A stretch of DNA of 64,000 nucleotides from positions 124,001 through 188,000 of IMG/VR virus record IMGVR_UViG_3300035703_000010. The stretch is one strand, 5' to 3'. How positions within the stretch are numbered: the first letter of the stretch is position 1; the number at the start of each line of letters is the position of its first letter. Shown here in pieces: positions 9,558 through 19,085 of this stretch. Below the pieces are notes generated by a model. That model was given only the letters and a program-made list of their open reading frames with translations, was not told where the DNA came from and did no database searches. The position numbers were made by a program, and so were the translations under genes.

Positions 9558-10513
9558 TCTTGAACATTGAACATCCGATCTTAATAGTTGATGCTCAAAA
9601 CTTATTTTTAAGAAGTTGGGCTGCATATCCAACTATGAATAAAAATGGAGAACCGATGGGCGGATGCATCGGTTTTCTAAAATCTCTTCAACGTATTTGT
9701 CGTGAAATTCAGCCTTCCCAAGTGTTTGTTGCTTGGGAAGGTGGCGGTTCACAACGAAGAAGAAACTTATATTCTGAATATAAGTTAGGACGAAGACCTG
9801 AAAAATTGAACAGGTTTTATGGCGACGATATACCGGATTCAGAAGAAAACAGAAAGCATCAACTGATAAGCCTATTAGGGATGTTAAAGTTTACTCCTGT
9901 TTGTCAGATCTATGTTTCAGATTGTGAAGGTGATGATGTCATAGCTCACCTTTGTAAAGGTCCGTTTAGGAATGATAAAAAAGTAATTGTCTCTTCAGAT
10001 AAAGACATGTATCAATTGTTAGATGACAAAACAGACATATACAGTCTTCATAAGAAAAAGATAGTTACTGCTGATAATATCTTTGAAGATTACAGGATAA
10101 AGACGCACAATTTTGCAATAGCAAAAGCAATTTGTGGAGATTCTGGTGATAATGTTCCTGGCGTAAAAGGTGTTGGATTTAAAAAGGTTGCATCTAAAAT
10201 TCCAATTCTTGCTGGAGATCAAGAGCTTATTTTGCAGGAAGTTTTTGACTTTTGTCAATCAAGAATTGATGAGTCTATTATTTATCGTCGCATCATGGAA
10301 AACGTTGACGACGTAAAACGAAACTGGAAATTAGTTCATTTAGACGGTGGAATGTTATCAGCAGATCAAGTTTCTAAAGTGCAATATGTTATCGATACAT
10401 TTGTTCCTAAGGTTGATAGGATGGGATTGATTAGAGCATTAGTCAAAGAAGGAATTGAAGACTTTGACATCGAAGGCTTTTTTTACGATCTGAATCCATT
10501 AGTTAAACGCTGA
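9554..10513 (+). CDS. 5'-3' exonuclease / T4 RNase H-like flap nuclease
   Basis: LIVDAQNLF, EGDDVIA, SSDKDMYQL, GDSGDNVPGVKGVG (FEN/PIN fold with H3TH motif). Confidence 0.9.
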   Translation: MILNIEHPILIVDAQNLFLRSWAAYPTMNKNGEPMGGCIGFLKSLQRICREIQPSQVFVAWEGGGSQRRRNLYSEYKLGRRPEKLNRFYGDDIPDSEENRKHQLISLLGMLKFTPVCQIYVSDCEGDDVIAHLCKGPFRNDKKVIVSSDKDMYQLLDDKTDIYSLHKKKIVTADNIFEDYRIKTHNFAIAKAICGDSGDNVPGVKGVGFKKVASKIPILAGDQELILQEVFDFCQSRIDESIIYRRIMENVDDVKRNWKLVHLDGGMLSADQVSKVQYVIDTFVPKVDRMGLIRALVKEGIEDFDIEGFFYDLNPLVKR

Positions 10514-10524
10514 TTAACATTTTT

Positions 10525-11946
10525 ATGACTACACAAAATACAACTCCTACGTTCGGTACTTACGGCAAGTCTTTTCAAGAAAAGATCATGCAAGCTTTGT
10601 TAACCGATTGGAAGTTTGCAGAACAAATGACTGAAGTTTTCAATTCTTCATATTTTGAATTGAAATATCTTCAATTCCTCGCAGACAGGTATTTCTCATA
10701 CTCTAAGAAATACAAGGTTTTTCCGACTCTACAACTTCTTGCTACAATTATCAAAGAAGATCTTAAGGTAGGAACAGATGTTATTCTTCGCGATCAAATC
10801 ATTGACTATCTTCAACGAATGAAGAGCAATCCTGACGCAGGAGATCTACAATTCGTTCGTGAAAAATCTTTGGACTTTTGCCGCAAGCAAGCGTTGAAGG
10901 CAGCTTTAGAAAATGCTGTCGATCAAATGCAAGCAGATAAATACGAGTCGATTGTAGAATCTATCAAAAAAGCTGTCCAGGTAGGAACGGCTCCTTCTGT
11001 CGGTCATGACTTTTTTAATGAACTAGATGCTAGATTTACTCGTCTAAAAAGAGATACTATCCCGACTGGTATTCCTGAGTTAGATAAAAAAGAAATTTTG
11101 CATGGTGGTTCTGGAAAAGGTGAACTTCTTTGCGTAGTAGGTGGTTCTGGTTCTGGTAAATCACACTTTTTGACTATGATTGGTGCAAATGCATTGCGTC
11201 ATGGAAAGAATGTTCTTCATTATACCTTTGAGCTATCTGAAACTGCTGTCGGTATTCGTTATGATTCAAATCTATGTGATATTGATTCCAATGAAGTAAT
11301 GGATCGCAAAGAAGAAGTCAAGAAATTCTATGATGACAACAAGGGATTAGGAAGGTTATTCATCAAGGAGTATCCTACGAACACTGCGTCGATCTTCACG
11401 ATTCGATCCCACGTCGAAAGGTTGGATCTTAAGGGGTTTAAACCTGATATCATCGTCATAGATTATGCAGATATCATGAGATCGACGCGTCAGTTCGATT
11501 CTTTACGACATGAACTTAAGCTTGTCTATGAAGAGCTTAGAGGGCTAGCAATGGAATATGGCGTTCCTATTTGGACTGCATCACAATCCAACAAGGAAGG
11601 AGCAAATGCTGAAGTTATCGACATGACAAACATGTCTGAGGCCTATGGTAAGGCGATGATTTGTGACTTCATCATTTCAGTTTCTCGCCGGTCTCATGAA
11701 AAGGCTACAGGATGGGGTCGACTTTTCGTTGCAAAGAACCGTGCTGGTCGAGACGGTCTTGTTTTTCCTGCAAAGATTAATACCGCAAGAAGCCAATTTG
11801 AAATTGTTGGTGCAGCAGACGTTCCAGAAGCAGCTACTGTATCAGATGATGAAGCTCAAAAAAGAGCACTTCGAGCAAAATGGCAAGAATTAAAGAAAGA
11901 ATTTTCGACTCAAAAGCCGAACAACTTAGAAGCTAACGTTATATAA
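10525..11946 (+). CDS. dnaB: Replicative helicase, DnaB/gp41 family
   Basis: Walker A GGSGSGKS, Walker B IVIDYAD, WTASQSN, VAKNRAG. Confidence 0.9.
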   Translation: MTTQNTTPTFGTYGKSFQEKIMQALLTDWKFAEQMTEVFNSSYFELKYLQFLADRYFSYSKKYKVFPTLQLLATIIKEDLKVGTDVILRDQIIDYLQRMKSNPDAGDLQFVREKSLDFCRKQALKAALENAVDQMQADKYESIVESIKKAVQVGTAPSVGHDFFNELDARFTRLKRDTIPTGIPELDKKEILHGGSGKGELLCVVGGSGSGKSHFLTMIGANALRHGKNVLHYTFELSETAVGIRYDSNLCDIDSNEVMDRKEEVKKFYDDNKGLGRLFIKEYPTNTASIFTIRSHVERLDLKGFKPDIIVIDYADIMRSTRQFDSLRHELKLVYEELRGLAMEYGVPIWTASQSNKEGANAEVIDMTNMSEAYGKAMICDFIISVSRRSHEKATGWGRLFVAKNRAGRDGLVFPAKINTARSQFEIVGAADVPEAATVSDDEAQKRALRAKWQELKKEFSTQKPNNLEANVI

Positions 11947-11974
11947 TTAAATTTCCCTAAACAGAGAACAACAA

Positions 11975-14554
11975 ATGACACACACACGAGATGAAGCATT
12001 TAAGGCATCGTTGGAATATTTCAATGGAGACGAATTGGCTGCATCAGTCTTCGTCGATAAGTACGCTCTAAGAACTCCAAAGGGTGAGTTATTAGAACTT
12101 ACTCCATCTGATATGCATCGTCGCATTGCTAAGGAGTTTGCTAGAATCGAGGCAAAGTATCCTAATCCACTCTCTGAGAAGGAAATTTTTTGTCTGTTGG
12201 CAGACGTCGAACACCTCGACATTGCACAAAGAGACAGGATGTCTATTGAAGAGCTTGCAAAGGAATCTAGAGGTTTAGGTCCAATCGTTCCCCAAGGTTC
12301 TCCTATGTCTGCAATTGGTAATGATTTCCAATACCAATCATTATCAAACTGCTTCGTCATTCAGTCACCCTACGATTCCTACGCAGGTATTCTTAAGGCC
12401 GACCAAGAACAAGCTCAGATCATGAAGCGTCGTGGTGGTGTTGGTTTCGATATCTCTACGATTCGTCCAAAGGGTATCGTAACAGCCAACGCAGCTCGTA
12501 CCACCGATGGTATCGGCGTCTTCATGGAGAGGTTCTCCAATACCTGCCGTGAGGTTGCTCAAGGTGGTCGTCGTGGTGCCTTGATGTTGACCATTGATGT
12601 TCATCATCCAGAGATTCGAACCTTCATCAACATCAAGCGAGACCTTAAGAAGGTTACCGGTGCTAACATCTCCATCCGTCTTACTGACGAGTTTATGCAG
12701 GCAGTGAAGGATGGCACACAAGTTCAACTTCGTTTCCCAGTAGAGAAGGATGCAAAGCACTCAATCGAACAAATGGTTGATGCCAAGCAACTTTGGCACG
12801 AGATCATCGAGGCAGCTTGGGCTTCTGCAGAGCCAGGTTTGCTCTTCTGGGATACCGTCAAGAAGAGAACTCCAACTGAGGCATACACTTCTTGTGGCTA
12901 TGGTTCGACTTCTACAAATCCATGCGGAGAGATCGTTCTTTCTCCATACGATTCTTGCAGATTGCTTCTCGTCAATCTCTATAAGTTTGTCAAAAATCCA
13001 TTCACTTCAGCCGCAGCTTTTGACAACGAAAGATTCAAGGACGTCGCTGTCAAGGCCCAAAGACTCATGGACGATTTGATCGACCTGGAGATCGAGGCGG
13101 TAGACAAGATTATCGCCAAGATCCAAAATGATCCAGAACCTGAAGAAGTCAAACAAGCCGAGCTCGATCTTTGGAACAAGATTAAGAAGGCAGCTCTTGG
13201 TGGAAGAAGGACTGGTTTAGGTATCACGGCCCTTGGCGATACTCTAGCGGCGATGGGATTCGTCTACGGCTCAAAGATTTCTATCCAGATGACAGAGTCT
13301 CTCTATAAGGCGCTGGCTCTATCTGCCTATCGTTCGACGGTAACGATGGCAGCAGAGCGTGGTGCATTCCCTGTCTTTTCTCACAAGCTTGAGGAGAAGC
13401 ATCCGTTCATCCAACAAATTCTCGAGTCAGACCCCGACCTCGTAAAGGATTATAAGAAGCATGGTCGCCGAAACATCGCTCTAACGACGACTGCGCCAGC
13501 TGGTTCTGTTTCTGTTCTTACGCAAACGACAAGTGGTATCGAACCGGCGTTCATGCTCTTCTACAAGCGCCGCAAGAAGGTCAACTGTGATGATCCAAAC
13601 ACCAGAGTCGACTTCGTCGATCCGCTCGGCGACAAGTGGCAAGAGTTCATGGTCTACCACCACGCTTTCAAGAAGTGGATGGAGGTCAATCATAAGACCG
13701 AGGAGCACGTCGCAGAGTCTCCATATCATGGCGGTACAGCCAATGAGATCGACTGGGTTGCCAAGGTGGATCTACAAGCGGCAGCGCAGAAGTGGATCTG
13801 CCATTCTATTTCTAACACCACTAACATTCCAAACTCAACTTCTGTCGACGTTGTTAAGGACATCTACATGAAGGGTTGGGAGACTGGATGTAAGGGCGTC
13901 ACTATCTATCGTGATGGTTGTCGAACCGGCGTCCTTGTGGCCGAGACGAAGAAGGAAGAGAGAAAGGTCGATGCTTCTGACCAACCGGAAACAATGGTAG
14001 AAAGCCACGCGCCAAAACGACCAAAAGAACTAACATGTGATATTCATAGAATTAACGTGAGGTCAGGAAATGACAACGAGTCATATCTTGTGTTGGTCGG
14101 TAAGCTAGCTGGTAAGCCTTATGAGATTTTCTGCGGATTGTCTCAACACGTCGAAGTTCCAAAGAAGGCTAAGACCGGAGTTCTTATTAAGAATGGCAAG
14201 AAAGACGGCGTAGCAACTTATAATCTCCAGATTCCAATTGGAGACGATGACCATCTTCTCTTCAAGGACGTTGTTGAGTTGTTCGCAAATCCCAACCATG
14301 GTGCCATGACAAGGACATTATCGCTAGCACTTCGACATGGTGTACCAGTTCAATACGTCGTTGAACAATTACAAAAGGATAAGCACAGTGGTCTACAGTC
14401 TTTCTCTAAGGCTGTTTCTAGAGTCCTAAAGACTTACATTCCTGATGGAACCAAGTCTCAATCAGACAAGACTTGTTCTTCTTGCGGAGTTGAAGGTTTG
14501 ATTTACAAAGAAGGATGCGTTACCTGTGCGTCGTGTGGCTGGAGCAAATGTTGA
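11975..14554 (+). CDS. nrdJ: Class II (adenosylcobalamin-dependent) ribonucleotide reductase
   Basis: SLSNCF, GGVGFD, TNPCGE, RRTGLG, TTAPAGS, WETGCKGVTIYRDG, and a C-terminal CxxC...CxxC redox tail. No NrdB gene nearby. Confidence 0.92.
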   Translation: MTHTRDEAFKASLEYFNGDELAASVFVDKYALRTPKGELLELTPSDMHRRIAKEFARIEAKYPNPLSEKEIFCLLADVEHLDIAQRDRMSIEELAKESRGLGPIVPQGSPMSAIGNDFQYQSLSNCFVIQSPYDSYAGILKADQEQAQIMKRRGGVGFDISTIRPKGIVTANAARTTDGIGVFMERFSNTCREVAQGGRRGALMLTIDVHHPEIRTFINIKRDLKKVTGANISIRLTDEFMQAVKDGTQVQLRFPVEKDAKHSIEQMVDAKQLWHEIIEAAWASAEPGLLFWDTVKKRTPTEAYTSCGYGSTSTNPCGEIVLSPYDSCRLLLVNLYKFVKNPFTSAAAFDNERFKDVAVKAQRLMDDLIDLEIEAVDKIIAKIQNDPEPEEVKQAELDLWNKIKKAALGGRRTGLGITALGDTLAAMGFVYGSKISIQMTESLYKALALSAYRSTVTMAAERGAFPVFSHKLEEKHPFIQQILESDPDLVKDYKKHGRRNIALTTTAPAGSVSVLTQTTSGIEPAFMLFYKRRKKVNCDDPNTRVDFVDPLGDKWQEFMVYHHAFKKWMEVNHKTEEHVAESPYHGGTANEIDWVAKVDLQAAAQKWICHSISNTTNIPNSTSVDVVKDIYMKGWETGCKGVTIYRDGCRTGVLVAETKKEERKVDASDQPETMVESHAPKRPKELTCDIHRINVRSGNDNESYLVLVGKLAGKPYEIFCGLSQHVEVPKKAKTGVLIKNGKKDGVATYNLQIPIGDDDHLLFKDVVELFANPNHGAMTRTLSLALRHGVPVQYVVEQLQKDKHSGLQSFSKAVSRVLKTYIPDGTKSQSDKTCSSCGVEGLIYKEGCVTCASCGWSKC

Positions 14555-14570
14555 GTAATATTTAGTTTTT

Positions 14571-14900
14571 ATGAAAATAAAAATTGCTGATCTGCGAAAA
14601 CTAATTCGTGAGAATTATGCTAGGGAAATTCCTCAATATGCAGTTGAGCAAGCATATTCTTCTTCAATAAAATTAAAAAGTCCAAAAAGAATTGCAGATA
14701 GATGCAAAGAAGAATTAGAGCATTATTTTAAGATGCATATTAATTCTACTTCATCAGGTCCTGCAGATATGAGAAAGAAGATTTTAAAAATGCATAATGT
14801 TTTTGAAACTATGAAAGAAGAAATTATAGATTCAAAAAACATTAAAGATGAATTAAAAGACATTATCGATCAAACAGTAAGACGATTCTTATTCATTTAA
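14571..14900 (+). CDS. Hypothetical protein with N-terminal 'MKIKIADLRKLIREN' helix
   Basis: ORF with ATATTTA at 14558; member of the shared N-terminal-motif family. Confidence 0.6.
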   Translation: MKIKIADLRKLIRENYAREIPQYAVEQAYSSSIKLKSPKRIADRCKEELEHYFKMHINSTSSGPADMRKKILKMHNVFETMKEEIIDSKNIKDELKDIIDQTVRRFLFI

Positions 14901-14925
14901 TTTTTACAATTTATAATATTCAACC

Positions 14926-15585
14926 ATGCCATCGCAACCAAACAAAGTAGAATTAATTGGTTTTTATGGGTCAGATGAATCGCATGCACTTTCAGCATGG
15001 ACTTCAACATCAAGAGACCTGACTGAAGACAAAAAAGACAGAATTCCAAAGTTGCTTAAAATGTTAGCAGAAAATGGACATGAAACTCCCTTTGAAAAGA
15101 GTTCACTCCACTTTCTAGTAACGACAGATATCGCTTCTCATATTCATCTACTTAAGCATCGAATTGGTGTTTCTATCAACGCTGAATCAGCACGTTACAA
15201 GGAACTTAAGGAAGACAAATACTACGTTCCAGTCGATTGGGATCTTGAAGAGCGCGAAGCTTACATTGAGCATCTAGAGTCAAGCTTGCAAAAGTATCAT
15301 TCAACTCTGGAAAGACTTGTCCAAAAAGGAATGAGTCGTAAACGTGCTAAGGAATCAGCTAGGCTCTATCTTCCGTATGGAAATCAGATCACTGCAGATG
15401 TAATGTTCAATTTTCGCAGTTTCGTTCATTTCATTAGGTTACGATATTCAGAACATGCTCAATTAGAGATTAAAGACATTGCAAAGCAAATGTTGGAATT
15501 GGTTCAAGAGACTGAATCATTTTCAGCAACAATGGATGCATTCGGATTAACTGTCGATGGGAAAGTTAGAGGTCCATTTACATGA
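14926..15585 (+). CDS. thyX: Flavin-dependent thymidylate synthase
   Basis: GHETPFE, KHRIGVSINAESARY (RHR..S...S.RY variant), ARLYLP, NFRSF, HAQLEI. Confidence 0.9.
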   Translation: MPSQPNKVELIGFYGSDESHALSAWTSTSRDLTEDKKDRIPKLLKMLAENGHETPFEKSSLHFLVTTDIASHIHLLKHRIGVSINAESARYKELKEDKYYVPVDWDLEEREAYIEHLESSLQKYHSTLERLVQKGMSRKRAKESARLYLPYGNQITADVMFNFRSFVHFIRLRYSEHAQLEIKDIAKQMLELVQETESFSATMDAFGLTVDGKVRGPFT

Positions 15586-16178
15586 GCAAAATTATTGTCA
15601 TAGAAGGGCCTGATCGTTGCGGAAAAGCAACACAAGCAAAGCTTTTAAGAGAACGTTTAGCTAGTTTTGGAATAATGTCAACGATAGTTGAAGTTCCAGT
15701 AAGGTCTGCTGTAACGTATAGGATCATTTACTGGATGCTACAAAACGGCCTGGCCAAAAAATTTCCAAAATTATTCCAGGTATTACAGTTCTTAAATAGA
15801 AAGATTTTTCAATTATTAGACCTGCCTGGTCTAGAGAAGCAATATGACGCTATCATTTTTGATAGATGGAGTTTATCGACAATTGTTTATGGTGGTGCTT
15901 CAGGAGTGTCGCAAGATTTTACTGTTAAACTTTCAAAACATCTTAGACAACCAGATCATACGTTTATTTTATTAGGTATGTCTTTTCCTCATGAAGCAGA
16001 AGATGTTTACGAGGCTGATAAAAACTTGCAAGAAGACGTAAGAATTCGATATTCTTTATGGGCTGCTAATCATCCAAATGATACGACAATGATTAACTGT
16101 CAACAAAATAAGAAGAAAATATCAGTTCAAATTTATGAAGTTTTGAAATCAAAAAAGATCATTGACAGCTATAGATGA
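15582..16178 (+). CDS. tmk: Thymidylate kinase
   Basis: IEGPDRCGKATQ P-loop and IIFDRWSLS. Confidence 0.85.
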   Translation: MSKIIVIEGPDRCGKATQAKLLRERLASFGIMSTIVEVPVRSAVTYRIIYWMLQNGLAKKFPKLFQVLQFLNRKIFQLLDLPGLEKQYDAIIFDRWSLSTIVYGGASGVSQDFTVKLSKHLRQPDHTFILLGMSFPHEAEDVYEADKNLQEDVRIRYSLWAANHPNDTTMINCQQNKKKISVQIYEVLKSKKIIDSYR

Positions 16179-16223
16179 TTGATACAAAGTATAAAATTAG
16201 TTGTAAAAGCATAAAGAGGTATT

Positions 16224-16487
16224 ATGAGCTATAAGATTTCAGATTCAGTTGCAATGCGTTTTATTCAAATTTTTCAAGAAGCAGTTCTTCTTGGTGTAGA
16301 TGGTGCGGATCTCATGAGGCAAGTTCGTTTAACTGTAGATTCTACTGATGAAGATACTTTAACTCTTTGTCCTGAATATGAACGAATGGTTGAGTCTCAA
16401 CATAAGAAGTATTTAGAGGATGCAGAGAAGCTTAAGACACAAACTGATGCAACACAAGATTTCCCAAAATTAATTTTTGAGAATTGA
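16224..16487 (+). CDS. Hypothetical protein
   Basis: 87-aa ORF with RBS AGAGG; co-directional in the operon. Confidence 0.6.
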   Translation: MSYKISDSVAMRFIQIFQEAVLLGVDGADLMRQVRLTVDSTDEDTLTLCPEYERMVESQHKKYLEDAEKLKTQTDATQDFPKLIFEN

Positions 16488-16488
16488 T

Positions 16489-16569
16489 ATGACGTTTTCT
16501 TTGGCGTCAGTAGCTGTTATTTTTTCCCTAATAGTTGTTTTTAAATTTTTTATCTCTGAGGATGATTGA
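16489..16569 (+). CDS. Possible 26-aa single-TM peptide (not in ORF track)
   Basis: MTFSLASVAVIFSLIVVFKFFISEDD*. Fills the gap exactly, and its TGA overlaps the next ATG (TGATG). Confidence 0.35.
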   Translation: MTFSLASVAVIFSLIVVFKFFISEDD

Positions 16570-16934
16570 TGGATAAGCTTCAAGAAATGTGGAATCAACA
16601 AGAAAAATTTATGGAATTGCTTCAATCACGAAGAGGATTTCCTGAATTTCCACTTGACATGAAATCAAAAACCGGTCAAAAGTTCCTCAAAGGAATTACT
16701 CATGAATGTATGCATGAGTTATTTGAAGCTAATCTTCTTTTGAAAAACTCAAAAGACCATAGAGCTACTGACGTAAAAGAATTTAATCGTGAAGATTACA
16801 TTGAAGAACTTGTCGATGCTCTTCACTACTTTTTTGAAATTGCAATTTGTAGTGGTGTTACTATGGATGAACTTCATGAAGCATACATGAAGAAAGGTAG
16901 AATTAACATCAATAGAATTGAAAATGGATATTAA
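16569..16934 (+). CDS. All-alpha (dimeric dUTPase / T4 gp56 dCTPase-like) dNTP pyrophosphatase
   Basis: HELFEA...EELVDALHYF...NINRIENGY pattern of the all-alpha NTP-PPase superfamily. Confidence 0.7.
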   Translation: MDKLQEMWNQQEKFMELLQSRRGFPEFPLDMKSKTGQKFLKGITHECMHELFEANLLLKNSKDHRATDVKEFNREDYIEELVDALHYFFEIAICSGVTMDELHEAYMKKGRININRIENGY

Positions 16935-17032
16935 AAAGTTCGTCGCACCCCTTTTCAACTTTAATAAGGTGATTATCATCTTTTTGTAACGATGAAAATT
17001 AAATTTTCATCAATTTCTAAAGGAGAAATAAA

Positions 17033-17395
17033 ATGTTGACTAGGTATTATGGTACCGCTCGTACACCCATGTTTGATTTGTTCGATCCATTTAAGGTTTT
17101 TGATGATTTTGAAGCCTCTAAACATCGTTCAAGATTAGACACGATTGACGAAGAAGGCATTAAAATCGAACTTCCCGGAGTTAAATCAACTGATGTTGAT
17201 GTATCCGTTGAAGGTAGAACATTGAAAGTTTCAGGCAAGTCTAGACATGGAAAAGAATTTAGCTATTCTTATAGTTTAAAATCTGTTGTTGATGATTCTG
17301 GAATTGTTGCAAAACTTGAAGATGGTCTTTTAACGATTACATTACCTAAAAAGCAAGAAAGCTCTGTAAGAAAGATTCCGGTTTCGTCTACTTAA
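17033..17395 (+). CDS. Small heat-shock protein, Hsp20 family
   Basis: IELPGVKSTDVDVSVEGRTLKVSG and AKLEDGLLTITLPK. Strong RBS AAGGAG. Confidence 0.9.
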   Translation: MLTRYYGTARTPMFDLFDPFKVFDDFEASKHRSRLDTIDEEGIKIELPGVKSTDVDVSVEGRTLKVSGKSRHGKEFSYSYSLKSVVDDSGIVAKLEDGLLTITLPKKQESSVRKIPVSST

Positions 17396-17418
17396 AGTTG
17401 TATTTGATGGTGCTCAAG

Positions 17419-17448
17419 GCTCAATAATAAACGTTATTGAGCTTTTTT
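17419..17448 (+). terminator. Intrinsic terminator after hsp20
   Basis: Stem GCTCAATAA / TTATTGAGC followed by TTTTTT. Confidence 0.7.
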
Positions 17449-17491
17449 ATTTTCTACGATATAATTACTTACATTAACTTTTGGTGATATC

Positions 17492-17983
17492 ATGAATATA
17501 ACAGAATCTAAGCTTAGAGAAATAATCAAAGAAGAATACCTCCGTTTAACACCAGTTTCTGCTGGCGAATTGATGTCTGAACATAGAGCAATGCACCTCG
17601 CAGAAGAGTTAATTAATGAAGGACTATGGGACAGCATCAAAGCTTTAGCTGCTGGAAGTAAAGCAGCTGTAAAAACAGTGGCCGGTGCAGGAGCTGAAGC
17701 ATTAGGAAGTGCTGCAAATTCAGTTGTTGCTCCGATGATCAAAGCTGGAACTGAAGCAGCACAAGCTATTAAGGCAGTAAAAGATGATGCAGTTAAAGCT
17801 GCCGCTGCTGCTGCAGCAGAGTCTTTAAAGAAGTCTATTCAGGCAAGTTTAAAGACATCGATTGCTGATATGATCAAAAAGCTTGTTGCTTCTGGAAAAG
17901 ATGAAGCGACGGCAAAGAAAGAAGCAGGTCAAGCTATCGGACCAGCGCTAAGCCAGGCAATTGCATCAGCATTAAATCAATGA
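17492..17983 (+). CDS. Ala-rich hypothetical protein with 'MNITESKLREIIKEE' N-terminus (putative head-associated)
   Basis: Shared N-terminal helix, LINEG site, and upstream ATAATTACTTA. Confidence 0.65.
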   Translation: MNITESKLREIIKEEYLRLTPVSAGELMSEHRAMHLAEELINEGLWDSIKALAAGSKAAVKTVAGAGAEALGSAANSVVAPMIKAGTEAAQAIKAVKDDAVKAAAAAAAESLKKSIQASLKTSIADMIKKLVASGKDEATAKKEAGQAIGPALSQAIASALNQ

Positions 17984-18002
17984 TGAATATTTTAAGGAAA
18001 AT

Positions 18003-18578
18003 ATGAAATTAACAAAAGCTTATTTGCAACAAATTATTCGCGAAGAATACGTAAAAGTTTTGTTTGAATCAAACGGTCAAACGATTTCTGATGAAAAAGC
18101 GAGATTGATTGCCGAAAACCTTGAAGAAGGTCTTTTTGGAGATCTTGTTAAAACTTTTAAAGCAGGAAAAGAAGCTTTCGGTTCTGCGCGTAAAGAATCT
18201 TTAGCTTCATCTGCCGCTGCTGCAATGGATTCAATTGCATCAAAACTTGATAAGTCCATGAAAGACCTTTTCTCTTCGACAGCTAGAGAGTTACAATCTA
18301 AAGCTAATCTTAGCATGGAAGATGCAGCAGAAAAAGCACAATCATTAATGACAATTTCTGCATCAAAACTTGTTCCAAGTCTTGAGCCTGTTGCTCAAAA
18401 AATGGAAAGAGATATAGAATTAGATTTCACAGATCCAGATACATACGCATGGCTTCAAACGGGAGAAAGACCTTCTGGCGAGTATCCTGCTGCGAAAAAA
18501 CAGAAAAAAATGATCGGCCGTCCTGTCCCACGGGTTAGAACAGGGTCTGGCCAGATGCGTGGCGCTAGCGGATTCTGA
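18003..18578 (+). CDS. Hypothetical protein with 'MKLTKAYLQQIIREE' N-terminus, paralogue-like to the upstream gene
   Basis: The first ~55 aa align with 17492..17983 (IIxEEY...A..+AE.L.EGL+..+.K). Confidence 0.65.
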   Translation: MKLTKAYLQQIIREEYVKVLFESNGQTISDEKARLIAENLEEGLFGDLVKTFKAGKEAFGSARKESLASSAAAAMDSIASKLDKSMKDLFSSTARELQSKANLSMEDAAEKAQSLMTISASKLVPSLEPVAQKMERDIELDFTDPDTYAWLQTGERPSGEYPAAKKQKKMIGRPVPRVRTGSGQMRGASGF

Positions 18579-18599
18579 TAGGCATTAGATTAATAGTTT

Positions 18600-18637
18600 A
18601 AATCGTGTCATTTATACAAATGACACGATTTTTTTAT
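18600..18637 (+). terminator. Intrinsic terminator
   Basis: Perfect 14-bp inverted repeat AAATCGTGTCATTT-atac-AAATGACACGATTT followed by a T run. Confidence 0.75.
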
Positions 18638-18647
18638 TATTATTTAA

Positions 18648-19085
18648 ATGTCTCCTGACCTTGATAAAGTTCTTTGTGAAAAATACCCAAAGATATTTAA
18701 GAACAGAAACGGTTCTATCATGGAAACATGTATGTCATGGGGATTTGAATGTGAAGATGGATGGTTTGACATCATCGATATTTTATGTCATGAGATTCAG
18801 CATCATGTAGATTGGAAATCAAAGGATCTTTCTGAAGAAGAAAGAGAATCATTCCAGGTCGTCGCTGATCAAGTAAAAGAAAAGTACGGTACACTTAGGT
18901 TTTATTACTACGGTGGAGATGAAGTTATTGAAGGAATGGTATCAATGGCTGAGTCAATGTCACATAGGACTTGTGAACATTGTGGCTGCCCAGGAGATCA
19001 TAGGCCTGGCGGGTACATTAAAACCTTGTGCGATTCTTGCGATGACGAATGGAAAACATCAAGAGGAGTTATTCGGTGCAAATAG
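18648..19085 (+). CDS. Conserved phage hypothetical protein (QVKEKYGTLRFY type)
   Basis: GFECEDGW...QVKEKYGTLRFY...CEHCG...TLCDSC pattern that I recognise from many phage genomes. Confidence 0.7.
   Translation: MSPDLDKVLCEKYPKIFKNRNGSIMETCMSWGFECEDGWFDIIDILCHEIQHHVDWKSKDLSEEERESFQVVADQVKEKYGTLRFYYYGGDEVIEGMVSMAESMSHRTCEHCGCPGDHRPGGYIKTLCDSCDDEWKTSRGVIRCK

Noticed and set aside
11947-14299. Several 60-140 aa antisense and alternate-frame ORFs over nrdJ (similar ones over dnaE, aceA and the collagen genes)
   Set aside because: They are shadow ORFs expected in GC-richer or repetitive coding DNA, with no motifs or RBS.
16991-17011. CIRCE heat-shock operator before hsp20
   Set aside because: The sequence and 3-nt spacer do not match TTAGCACTC-N9-GAGTGCTAA. 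It is kept only as an unexplained inverted repeat.
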